NCBI GenBank assembly: GCA_951406725.2
Contig: OX597814.1
Location: forward strand, 75,950,001 to 76,014,000
DNA length: 64,000 bases
Source: Octopus vulgaris
Taxonomy: Eukaryota
Reading direction: 5' to 3'
The stretch's first letter is position 1; each line of letters begins with the position of its first letter. The translations under genes were made by a program, and so were the position numbers. A model generated the notes under the pieces. It searched no databases. It saw only the letters and a list, made by a program, of their open reading frames with translations, and was not told the DNA's origin. Shown here piece after piece: positions 39,040-51,610 of this stretch.

Positions 39040-40200
39040 TATCAAGCATTATATTGTTAGCAAAGTGAGAGTAAACAATGTGTTAGGCGAGAAATTTAAC
39101 GTCCTATAAATTGTTAAACTCCATGCTTTAACAAAGGACTTCCAGTTGTCTTTGAAAACTCCTGTATGCTAACAGTCTATTTCTCGTAGAACAAAGCTTT
39201 GAAACATGGAAGTAAGGGCCAAAATTAAAAGGGTTAGAGGTTGAACTTAGTTCAGCAGTAATTCCTCATGCCATCTAGGAAGTAATCATGCTTGATATAC
39301 AGAAAAGGAATATGTAAGAAGTGAATTGTGAGGTCATGGATTTATTTACTCTGCTCGTGACCCCTTTAAAATACAATCAGATTATAACAAGAAGGTTTTT
39401 TTGTATAGATTAGAACAATTTGTTTGTTACATTAATAGGAAAGGTGTTCATACAATACAATTAATAATAACAGTAAGATGAACCAGCATAATATGACATA
39501 TAGGGAAAGTCTGTTAGAGGACCTTCTAAAGATCAGTGACACATGCAAGACAGCAGTGATCAACAATGAACTGTTATGACTCCTACAACATCCCAGGAAA
39601 TGAGGTACTCAAATTAGGGGACCCTTCATGAAAGAAAATATACCTTTTTCTGGCAAGGGAAAGGTATATTTCCTTTGCCAGAAAGGTATATTTCCCTTGA
39701 AGCTAGAGAGCATGGTGTCAGCTTTGCCATGAGAAAACTCTCTACTGAGGTTGTTCAATTGCACACTTTTGATGGGTCTGTCAACCTTATCAGTGTTTAT
39801 ACACAAAAATGGACTTACAAGGTTTGTATAAGAGTTATGACACTCAGTGATAATGACATATTAGTGGAGGCTAGAGTAGAAATTGAGAGCACTTGAATAA
39901 TAATGAGTTGCACCTCATGTTTGATGAACAATGTTAACTTTCAAGAAAGACCACTGGAAAAGTGAGTTAGGTGAAAAATGGCCAAATATGAAAGGCCAAA
40001 GTATTGATAAATGACAAGTTCAGTGAACAGGCATGCAATGTTGAATGAATGATGTATGTTGAATGAGAAAAACTCAAGCTGAATTGACACTATAGGGAAT
40101 TGGTTGTTGTGGAAAATCAAAGATAATTTTGAAAGAAAATTATGTTATTCCTGAAAATGCTGATCCTCACAAACTAAATGACTCAGAATTAAAGCAGAAG
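39040..40200 (+). mobile_element. Ancient RTE fragment
   Basis: SKVRVNN..GEKFNV, LLYANSL (decayed YADDL), FETWK*GPKLKGL and PSRK*SCLIYRKG parallel the 56951-57500 RTE. Right end uncertain. Confidence 0.55.
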
Positions 40201-42897
40201 AGGATGTTGTGTATTAGAATCTCATTCAGATAATATTAGAATTTAAAAATTATATAAGCCAGGGCATTTTTTTTAAAAAACTTTCTTAGGACTCCTACAC
40301 TTTGGATGGCGATTGTGAGTGTGCAAAGGGAAAAAAATTTTAACCCCCCCCCCCCTTTGTGTTTTTGATTTTGTTTGCTTTAAAGAGATCGTGGCGAATT
40401 GATGAACATATGCAGATAGGAACATTGAAACAAAGTATCACCATCTCAAACAAGGAAGGACTCACTGAATGATGTAGTTTTAGATATCACAGAAAAATTG
40501 GGATGCTCATGACTGAATAATTAGCTTGCTCAATCAAAGCTGGCCATCTGATGTGTATCATTCCTAATCTGATAAAGTTTTCCTTGAGAGTTCCTTCCTC
40601 ACTTGCAGCATGAGATCAGTGAATTACCTGAGTAACTTCTTTGATAACTGCCCTGTGCATATCATAGAATTTTCATGATAGAAAAACAAAAGTAGCTTCC
40701 TGTAATTTTTCTTTGTGTATCTTTACAAGACTGAGTACTTAGAATGTAAATAGTTAGGGTTGTGAATGACACTATATTTGGTGACCTTAATATATTTACA
40801 ACTGATAGTTACTAAAGACAATGGTGTGACCATATCATTAGACATGACACAAATTTCATCCAATGTGCCACAAAACAGAAACACTGTCATACACTGACAG
40901 CTCTATAAAAAAAAGCATCTGGTTATCATGTACAGTATATATTCCATTTTGAGTTCTCTGTTGTAGTTTAAAGATGTATTTTATAACCAAAAACAAAAAA
41001 AACACCTTAGTAAAATAAATAGATTAGTCAGAATATTCTATAAATGATATTTAATTAACCTGCTTGGAAGCAGATTATTCCTTCAATAGATTTGTTTAGA
41101 AATCTAATAAAAACCCAGACGTGACAAAATGCTATTCTTGTCCCCCTCCACAAAAACATTTTTAAGTCAATATTATTTTAAATGATGCAGATATGCATAC
41201 ATGAGATAATAATATATATGCAATATATGGGATAAACTGACTTCAATAAGACTAAACAGTGTGTATAGCAGCACAAATGATAAAGTTCTGTGGTACAAGG
41301 CATACAGATGATGAAAGTAGGTGTGTAGTGTTTGAAAATAGTCACAGGTACTGTGGACAGAAGTAGCCATAGTGAAATATATTGGACAGTGGTTCTAATC
41401 TGAATTGTTCAACAAGAGGTTTTTTTTGTTTGAATTTTGTAGCTATAACAACAGCTTTGTAATATCCAAAGCCAAAGCTGTAAAAATGTTTTAAAATACC
41501 TATATCTAAGAAAGTCAGCTTTTTTCCTGAAGGATCTGCTGACAACAAAACTTTGATGCTGTTTACTTCAGAAGAGGTGGTTGAATGCCATTTACTATTT
41601 ATTACCATTTATAGCATTGTCAGTATTTGCCAATGTTAGCAGTATGAATAAAGTTACTAACACTTCAGCTTTTGGTTGATGATATTTGATCATATTGTAA
41701 CTGCTTACAGCAGTAGTGTTTTTATTCAACTAAAATTTATCACTGTTTAATTACTCTGTAAAACCCAAGCAATTTTCTAGGTTTGTATTATTAAGATATT
41801 TATCAAAACTTTGGCTGTTTCATTTAGTTGAGTTTAATTTCCTCTGGGTCTAGATTTTATAGATTTTAGACTGTTGCCAACTTTTGGTAATTTTTTTTAT
41901 TACTTTCATAGAAGTAGTCAAAATAACTTCTGACTTATACCATTCAATACACACAACCATACTCACCACTTGTTTTTTTCAGATTCCTGTTTCAAATAGG
42001 TATCACTCTTTTGAAAGTCAGTGTCTTAGGCATCATAAGCAAATTCTTCCACAAATACTTCAACAAGTCCTTACTTTTCTTAATATTTCTTGAACATGAA
42101 CATTGTATTTTTTATCAGTTCTATAACTTATTACTTGATATTCAGCACATCATGCTAAATGACTATATTTGTCACTATTGTAAGAAGTCACTAAATATTT
42201 GTTCAGGTCTAGTAATGAAGTCTTACAGTAAAGTATTCATCCAAGTAAAGCTGGGGTTAGTTATTCAACTGAATAACTAAGTCTCATGATTAAACTCATA
42301 GACATTTTAAACAGTATCATATATGATACAGCATATAAAACATGCAAAGTTGCAATAATATGTATGTTATAAATAGCTTGATTGCATCCCTGTTTTAATT
42401 TGCTGGGTACTTATTACCATTTTATGATGCTCAGTGATTTATGAATATTGTATTTTATAGTATTTATAGGTTCTTTAGAGTTACATAAAACTGTTTCTAT
42501 ATAGTTGCAGGAATTAGGCATTAGATACTACTGCATCTTAACCAAGACACTTAGTTCTTTACTACTGAGTCTATCGAACTTTAAATAGATACTGCACTGT
42601 AAAATTGGTGAAGGGTTTGTAAGCTTGCAGAGCCATAGTCAATTCTTCCTGCAGACAAATTTGCCTGCAGTACATGGAAGTTTAACTGAGTAGGATATAT
42701 GTTCATCCATTGTCTGAGAAATGTGGGATACACTTCATAGAATATAGGGGTCTATAAAGGGTTAGACAGTTTCAATACTACCATAGTTGCTGGAAGTTAT
42801 ATTGTAATCATATTATATTATATTATAATCATGATAACTGCTAATGGGGAGTGGAACATAAAGGTATGTTTGATTACAAACAAAGCAGCTGTAAGTC

Positions 42898-42942
<45 letters not shown>

Positions 42943-44301
42943 GTATGATATCCACAAAAATGGGACAATATATAAAGTGTGGGGTTTTATTGTCAGAACA
43001 ATTGCAGTCAAAGAAAATTATTAGATTTATTAGATTTGCAGCAAAATCAGTTTATCTAAATTTTATATTTATTATAACAAATAAATTACGAATTAATACA
43101 TTAAAATTGCATTTCTTTTGTGTGTTATATATGTAATTTTTAAAGTAGTTTATGTTCCTCTCTTAAATTTTTAAATGGGAAGATAAATGTATTGAAAAGT
43201 ATTGATAGTAAAGGGGAAAATATTGCCATTATTTTGTTCTGAAAATTAGTTCTATTGCATATAATAAAGAGATGAGACATACTCTATTATTTCTAGTTAT
43301 GTAATTGATTATAAAAGAATCATAATGAATGCAATATTTAGGCTTTATAATATGGTTTCTTTTGGCAAGATATTGATTATATTATTATTTTTAGAGAGAC
43401 AAAATGGCTGAATCGATAAGAAGATGCTTGCCCACATTGTCGTGAGTTTACTATGTTTCTGAGCAAAACATTCAGCTCTACTCATATATTGCTTTAAGTC
43501 TAGTTAAGGATTTGTATGGTTTTATAGTCTGATTAAGAATGAATTATTTTGGAAATTATATCATTTAAAAGAATGACTGAGTAACCAAAATATTGGTTAA
43601 AGAATAAGAAAGCAATTGTTGTATTTGTAATGAATGGCTGACATATTGACTAAAACATTTGAGTTTGTGAAAGTAAGTCTAGAAAGCATTTGTTCAAGGA
43701 TGAAGTGAAATGAATTATTATGATCTGTATATTAATAGATATAATAAATGAAAACAAAAGTTAGCTGAAGCAAGCTGATTGCAAAAAGTGATACATCAAA
43801 ATCTCAGCCTTCACCAAATCAAGAGATTTAAAAAAGGTTTCTTTGCTTAGACTAACCTCATCAATTGTCACTAATAACTATTTGAAACCATAACATGTAA
43901 AGAACAAACAGTAATAAAAAAAAAAAGACACCAAAGCATACATGTTGTGGGAATAATTAAAAAAATTTCATCTCACACTCACAGTGAAGGCTACCAGATA
44001 ATGTAGGGGCCCCATTTGATAAATCATTAACATCAGCCTTATTTTACAAATGCTTTTTTCATGCTAGAATAAGTTAGAGAATTTTTGGAGTTACTATTTT
44101 GCTCATTCTCTCTCCCGCATCTTTTAGTCACCTCTTACAATATCTAAGATACACACAGTAAGGAGTCATATATTAAATGTTGTTAATAACTAAATATTAA
44201 ATAGCTAATAATTAGTAAAGAACAGTGTATTATCCAATCAGCATGGAGCATATATAAGACATCAATAGAGGTTTGTAAGGTTTAAAAATTCATTCTGACA
44301 C

Positions 44302-44520
44302 TGCCTATGGGTATAGTGTAGTGGATAAAGGTGCTGGTAGTGCAGTCAACTAGAGGTTCTGAGTTCAATCCCAGGCGAGGCAGTAAGGTGAATTACAAGA
44401 CACCTAAAGAAAGGTTGGAGTGCACACAACCAAAATGCAATGAAAGCAACAATCAAAACGAGAACACCTCTATAAATAATACATAATATTAAAAATTCCT
44501 CAAATCAGAAATATAGACTT
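44302..44520 (+). mobile_element. tRNA-headed SINE-like element followed by a decayed hammerhead-like motif
   Basis: A box tagtgtagtgg, B box gagttcaatcc, tgcct/aggca acceptor-like stem, then cacCTAAAGAaaGGTTG..CAACCAAAATG. Confidence 0.6.
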
Positions 44521-45439
44521 GTATTAACAGTGCACAAAGTTCAGCAGTGATTATACAAAAATGCACAGGAAGCCAAAACAAATTATGTCTCCAAGAAAAT
44601 AATTTCAGTCTCAGCTAACATTTATGATTTTTACAACTATTCCAATCTCTGCAGACATTTATGATTGCTTGAGGCTTGGAAGTCGTCTTTAACAAACTGA
44701 AATCAACCAAAGCATAATCTTCATGGCTTAACACTTTTATAATATTATATAGAATAAACCCAAATAAATGTACTACTTGGACTAATTGAACAGTTGGTTT
44801 GTTTTATGGCTGGATAACTTTGTATAGTTGTAGTGACATTTAAATAAAAGGAATCATAGAAGTTTTTCTATGGTTTAGAACACAATTGAATTATCTGCAT
44901 AAGTTGCTTCATACTTATTTCAATATAGAAAAAAGTAGGAAAGAAATAAAAATATGAAAGCAAAACTGGCTGAGAGCCCATTTGAATAAAAAAGAATTTC
45001 CTCAAAATTATTTCAGTTATTTTAGGAATAACAAAACTTGAATAAAAAATATCCTCAGCAAAATCTTATATTTTTCTCATATTTTCTTTGGATTTTTCAC
45101 TGAAGTATTACTAAATATATTACAAAACTTACTTATTCAGCATTTCATAGTGCTTTGACAATTCTGGGATTTTTTTAAGAGGGAGAGATATAAAACACTA
45201 ATGTTCATAAATCTTGTGGAGAAACTTAAAAGGCTGACAAGTTATTGAAGGCACATAGATATGGTTACTTGATTAAGTAGAAATAGCTGTCAAATGTTCA
45301 TGATATTATACTCTACCATTTTAAAAAAGCATAACTTACTGAATAACATAACTTGTTTAGAGTGTCATGGCTGGAATGTCTTTGGTCATAGATTTAATCA
45401 ATCTGAGCCAACTTAAAGTAAAACAACAACACCCAGCTT

Positions 45440-46800
45440 CTCAAACATCAACCAACTATTGACCTTTTTGCAGAGCCTTTCCCTTCCATTGCAGTTCCTC
45501 CCCTATCAGCTTGGTGCTCTCTAGGTGCCCCAGTCATTGACCTTGCCTTCAAGGCCATCTTCCAGTCGAAGGTGGCTGCTCTTGAGCAATTTCTGAAAAA
45601 TATTATATCTATCAAACCCCATCAAAATTTTTTCATACTAAGGAATTACCTCTTGATCCCTAAGCTTCTATGTTTACTCAGAGTCAGCTCATCTTACCGA
45701 TTCCCATCGTGCCTCCAATGCTTCAACAACCTAATCTTTGAGAGACTCGAATGCTTAGTCAATGTCAACTCTCTCCAAAGTCCTGCAATCAGGCTGCATT
45801 GCCCAAGCGATTTGGAGGTCTGGGTCTTTGTAAGTGTTCGACCCCCTCTCTCTCCCCTGCTTCCTTTCCTCCAGCCACGCCTGCTCCACCATGGTGAGCA
45901 ACATCCTCTCCTCTCCAGCATGAATCAGTTCCAACAGGGAGTTGAATGAAACTCTCCAACACTGGAGGGAATTGGGTTTATCTGCTCCTGAGAAGGTGGA
46001 GGATGTTGGAGTCAGAGAGCTTGGGACAACATAATTTTGAAGGCCACCTTTGACTCTCTCTTCATCCAGTCAGACCAGTTTTTAAGGGGCTGCTTACTAT
46101 TTGCTAGTGCCAAATACTAAGGTGGCTGGATTGATGCCATCCCTGTGGCTAATGTTGGTGGCCTACTCAGCTCGGACAAACTTCGTGTCTCCATTACCCT
46201 CAGAGTGGGAGCTGGCATATGCTTGGGTCTTATCTGTTGTTGTGGCAGGCTCCTCGATTCCACTGGCCTCCATGGCCTTTCTTGCTGCCTGAAAGCTGGT
46301 TGCTTCGCACATCATATGGAGCTGAACCTGATACTCAAGAAGTGCTTGGCCCAGGCAAACATCTCCTCCATCTTGGAACCATCTGGATTATCCAGATGTG
46401 ATGGGAAGAGACCTGATTGTATCACTCTGTGCCCCTGGTCACAAGGCAGATACCTTGTCTGGAATGTCACAGTTAACGATTTCTTTACTTCTCACATCCT
46501 GGTTGCTGTGGTCAGGGTGAGATCCACAGCTTCTATGGCTGAGCAGAATAAAATCCTGTAATACCTCAATCTGTCGGCCAACTACATTTTCCATCCTGTG
46601 GTGTTTGAGACATTTGATGGGGTCAGACCACTAACTGTGAGATTCCTGTCTTCACTGGCAACTCACCTTGCAGAGGTAACTGGTGAGGTTTGTGAGGGTG
46701 CTTGGCTGTTCCAGTGTATCAGCCTCACCATCACCCGGGGCAATGCTGCAAGCATGCTGGCATGTCTCAATAGCCATAAGAAAGGTTTCCCAGTGCCCCA
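45440..46800 (+). mobile_element. CRE-like RLE non-LTR retrotransposon, 5'-truncated and decayed
   Basis: LGAPV, IPKLLCLLRVS, frameshifted LP.RFGGLGL, LRVSITLRVG, CCCG..LDSTGLHGLSC..HH..N (CCHC), EPSGLSRCDGKRPD, AEQNK..Y, FHPVVFETF and ISLTITRGNAA. Confidence 0.88.
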
Positions 46801-47339
46801 ACTTTTCAACCCAAGGTGGTGAATTGTTTTGTTTGTTTTCTTTTTTCTCTTTTCTTTTTCTCTCTTTTCTTTTTCCTTTTTAATTTTTTCATCTGTGTTC
46901 TCTGTTTTGTCCAGTTTTCTAATTTGATTTTGTAAAATGGTAAACACTGTGATGGCAATTTGCCTACTAAAAAAAAACTTAATATTGGTGTTCTTTAGCC
47001 ATAAATACCAAGATTTGTTATAAACTCGCTGAACTCACTATTATAATTTTAGTTCTGTTTACCATAACCACTTGAATGTAGACAGCAAGGACTTCCAGCT
47101 GTACTAGCTTAAATTCTCTTCCCAACTCTTTTAAATGCTTCTACTGGTTCTTTTGCTCTTTGAACTCCTCTAGACAATGGAAGTTGTTTGACTATTTCTC
47201 ATATACATTTAAAATAGATATTTCCCTACATCATTCCTTGAAGTCACCACCCACAATGACTTCAAATCACACAACTTGATGCTTGTCTCTCTCCCATGCC
47301 AACACCACTGGTCCATCCATCCATCCATCCCAGCGAACA

Positions 47340-48256
47340 GGTAACACCCCACCCATACATTTTTTCTACCCATTCCTTAATGTAGCCCTACTCACACATC
47401 TCACACTTATTCACTCCTTGCCTTCTCTTACTATCTCTCCCCACTCCTCTCCCATCCTCCCTTCACATTATTTTGACCACCAACTGACACTCATTTTCTC
47501 ACTTCTTTCACCCTTTCTTCACTTTTTTCTTTCTTGTTTTCCCCATTTTCACCTTTTCTCTCATTTTCCTCTCTTTCTTTCTCTCATTTTCTCTTCCTGT
47601 TTTCATTTTGACCTATCGCCTCACTCTAAACATACGCATCTCTCCCCACCATCTATTCACAAATAGTATCAATATATTCTCAAATTTTCATTCACACCAC
47701 AAGACCCTTTCGAATGAGCAACACAGAATCCATGGTGCCATACTTTGAAATTACTAAACACAAACTACTATTGGAACTTACATCCCATGTACAGGAAACT
47801 TTCTTACCACTTCTATATTCAATACACCACTTTACTTGAATAATGGAACTGCAACTACAATATTTTATATTTTATTTCTACTTTCATTCTCTTATTTCTT
47901 TCTATATTCCCTATCTCCTCCTTTTCCATAATAATTCCTTATTTCGAACTCAAATATTTACCTCTATTTAACCATCTCACATCATCTCTGATGAAGGAAT
48001 ATCCATAATATTCCAGAAGCAGCAGTAAGACTATATCTATATCTTTTTCCTTATAAATGTCCTGAAAACTCCTCACTGCCTTGTCTTTGTTATCTCTTTT
48101 TGTCTAATATATATATATGCATGCTAATACAAGATCCACATTAAACTCCTCACTCATATCACTATTGAACCAAGAGTTTAACTATGGTCTTTCCATAGCA
48201 CTTACTTAGCATTGCCTGCCATTCTTTGGGTCTTCTAGATACCAATACCTCTCATT
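47340..48256 (+). mobile_element. Non-coding hammerhead-bearing repeat, copy 2
   Basis: Homologous to 36170-36706 plus 37912-38035. Confidence 0.8.
47984..48031 (+). ncRNA. Minimal type I hammerhead ribozyme (variant GAAG)
   Basis: AUCU-CUGAUGA-A GGAAUAU ccaua AUAUUCC A-GAAG-CAGCA-GUA-AGAC. Confidence 0.75.
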
Positions 48257-48432
48257 ATATATATATATATCCATATATAAATGTATGTGTATTTATATGT
48301 ATATATGTATGTGTGTGTGGTTGTGTGAATACATACATGTACACACATGTGCACACATGCATATGTATACAGGTATGCATACTTGTTTATGCTCACAGTG
48401 TGTGCATGTATACATGTATGTATATATACTCG

Positions 48433-48464
<32 letters not shown>

Positions 48465-48569
48465 CAAGCACGTACATATACACACATGCACTCACACACA
48501 CAGGGTACACTTGCAAGCAAGCAAGCACATATGTTTGTCCATGTATGCATGTATATATACTCGTGTAGT

Positions 48570-49350
48570 ATGTAGAAGGGGTAGGAGTTTGCAGATGGAC
48601 AGGCATGAACTAGTGTTGGGTATTGACGGACCTGTTCATGGAGGCTGGTTATGTTCACCTAGGTGCAGGTGGTGCAGGAGAACAGCTGGTACTAAGGTGA
48701 TATATCCAGCTTGTTGTTGACCAGTGGCTTGAAATTTACCTGAAGGTTGGGATTGGGGTTGTGTGGATGTATTTTTCGTTTGTTGATGTGTGTGTGTGCT
48801 GCTAGATGTGATGTTGTCTAAGCAGGAGCAACTCACCTTGACATTATTGGGGTTGAAGAGTTTGTAATACATATGGCACCTGGAGAAATATTTTTTAATT
48901 AATGACAGGAAGCCCTAGCTGTATTGATACAAACTTCTAGGTTGAATGGGGTGGGTTATACCAGATAATTTAATTTTCCTTTTCCTAATCCTCTTGGGGT
49001 TTGGGGTGAGGCAAGGGGGTTTTGGGATTGTCCACATACATGAGCTTCTCAATAAACCTGCTCCTAACCAAAGCATCGTTGTGGTGGTGGGGGGGCCCTA
49101 TTAAAGATCTCCTTGTTGGTCAAAAGTTTAGATACATGTTTACTAACGCCTGAAACCAGGTTTATAATTACAGAAGTAGTGGATGGAATTGAGTTCTTGT
49201 GGATGTATACCGTTTCCTCATTATGTTTCCTAAGTTTACGTCCAAGAAATCAACTATAGTCAGGTTGTTGGTAACCATTATGGACAGGCCGAACTCTTTG
49301 TCCATGGTGTAACCGTTCATATGCCTTTGAGATAGCCAGGCTGTCATCCC
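48570..49350 (-). mobile_element. Decayed Penelope-like element fragment
   Basis: FYRDDSLAI, YIHKNSIP and YYKLFNPNNVKVSCSCLDNI on the minus strand. Confidence 0.8.
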
Positions 49351-49880
49351 TATAGAAGATCAACTTACACATCACACCACCCCTTCCTATTTCCCTGCCA
49401 ATCATGCAACCAATTTCCTGCCCACCACACAGTCGATTTCCTGTTCACCATGCAGTATTTTCCAAGTAATTGTTGTCACTGAAATATACATATATACTCA
49501 TACATCTACACATTACATCACCCTTTCTTACTTCCCCTCCAAACTGTTTTGATCCATGCATGTAACTCCCAATAAATGTGTTGAGTGTCCTTCTTTCATT
49601 TGTCCACTCACTTGTACTCACACACACACACCACTGATGTTTTGACCAAATTTGCTACTTGCATTTCTTACAACCATAAATATTCTCATCAACACCTGTC
49701 TTTCTCAGTGACACTGATTTCCCAAAACTCTATACTTCTTTCTTACATCAAAACCCGGTCTTCACCAAGTCTCTTTCCTGATCAGATTACCTGACAACTG
49801 CCATCAAATACCTTTTCCTGTCATACATCACTTCTATTACATATCTCTACCTCTCTGATATTGTATGGCTATCCATTGAA

Positions 49881-49948
<68 letters not shown>

Positions 49949-49959
49949 TTTTCCTTTGA

Positions 49960-50434
49960 AGTTAACTGGTGGAAACTCTGTCAGTTCTGTACTGTTTACC
50001 TATTTCAGCAAATGTTCTCTAGCTTCTACCCATCTTAGTCAAATAAGAGGTCAACCATTTCCATCATCCTCAATATGTCCATCCATAATCAAAGTTCAAA
50101 AACCCAAGATCTACAAGTGGTTCTTTTATAGCTGTGCTGAAGCAGTACAAACAAAGAGTACCATCCACAGCATCTGAAAAAGTTACCCACCAACACCAGC
50201 CAGGAGATGCATCTCCACCACCACAATGCTTGCAAGACAATCTTTGGGAAAGCAAAGTTGTTTGTGCCTTGTATGACATCAAAGCTCTCTCACTTTCAAA
50301 ATTGCTTGTTGGTCTTTGGATCTGTTACTAAGAACATTTCAGAATACTTCTGCTCACCATTCTTCAACCAATGTAGTTTGTCTTCCAATAAAATATTTCA
50401 TCTGTTGTCCATTTTGCATACTGTTCCATATTGT

Positions 50435-50477
<43 letters not shown>

Positions 50478-50500
50478 CACACACATGCACACACATGCAG

Positions 50501-50560
<60 letters not shown>

Positions 50561-51610
50561 AAGAAAATCCTTTCCTACTCTCCTTATCCATTTCCTTGTC
50601 TCACTTGTATACACACAATTACCTAGAATGAACATTTTTCTATTCATTCCAGTTTTTGTGTCAGTTCATTCATTTTTTTGTTTTGTTCATTCAGATTGTT
50701 GTTCCAGTGGCTTCCTACCATTCCTCCCAAATTATACATATCAGGATTACAAATAAGAGTTCTCATGAAAATATATTAATCTAATCTCTTTTAACAGCAA
50801 AAGACACAATTGCTACATATAACAAGGAAACACTTCCATTATCTATCAACAATAGACAGTTAAAGTTTGTACTTTTTGATGATCTCCCATAGAGATTATA
50901 TATAATGAGGAGATAACAGGTAAATTTTTCTAAAAAACATAGATGCATTCTTTGAAACCCTATGGTACATACACAAAGACTTGATAATTGTAGCAAGTAC
51001 AATGCCATAACACCTGTTTCACAAACCTGGTTAACATTAAATCTGAAATTGCTTCTATACATCCAACACAACCTGTCATATTTTCTCTACAGTGAAATAA
51101 TATTTATTCCCACTTAAACATGGATGTTCTGTTAGAACAAACTTTACTGTGATAGATACCATAACAGAAACCCTCAAAAAGGCTTTTGATGCAGAATGCA
51201 TGCTTGTTTGTTTATATCACCAGCAGGGAGAAAAATCCCCACCTACTCCAATGCCAAGACCACCAGATCACATAATTTTGATCTTCCTTGATGTCATCAG
51301 TGAAAGATGCTCAACCACTAGAGATAACAGCAACTCATTTCTCCATGAGCAATATATAAAAAAATCATTGCCAGAACAGGCACTGGTGTCTTGATTAACC
51401 AGTTAGCTTCTTTAAAATATAAATTAGCAACAGAGGGAGTATCAATACCGGTATTAATACTGACTTTGTGACTAATATGTACTTCTCCACTGTGTCTCAC
51501 TCCATCATCAAAATCCCACATTAAATACTCTTCCTAATCAATCTTTTCCCTTGCAAGAAATCTCTCCCAGTTCTATTTTAATTCCCTACATTGATTTGAA
51601 AATTTCAGTG
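49960..51610 (+). mobile_element. Fragmented ancient CR1/Zenon-like LINE
   Basis: Frameshifted LISFNSK(K)TQLL near 50781 and an SF...RNLSQF..FP..DLKIS C-terminal-like block near 51540-51605. Interrupted by (CA)n and another insertion. Confidence 0.45.

Noticed and set aside
41173-42280. Short ORFs as host exons or a MULE remnant
   Set aside because: No convincing motif or splice structure; resemblance too weak.
44302-44382. Genuine tRNA gene
   Set aside because: D and anticodon arms do not fold and there is no poly-T terminator; treated as a SINE head.
51265-51302. Minus-strand caCTGATGAcatc..gatcAAAA hammerhead-like motif
   Set aside because: Stem II closing pair and GAAA are both corrupted; cannot be separated from chance without a consensus.
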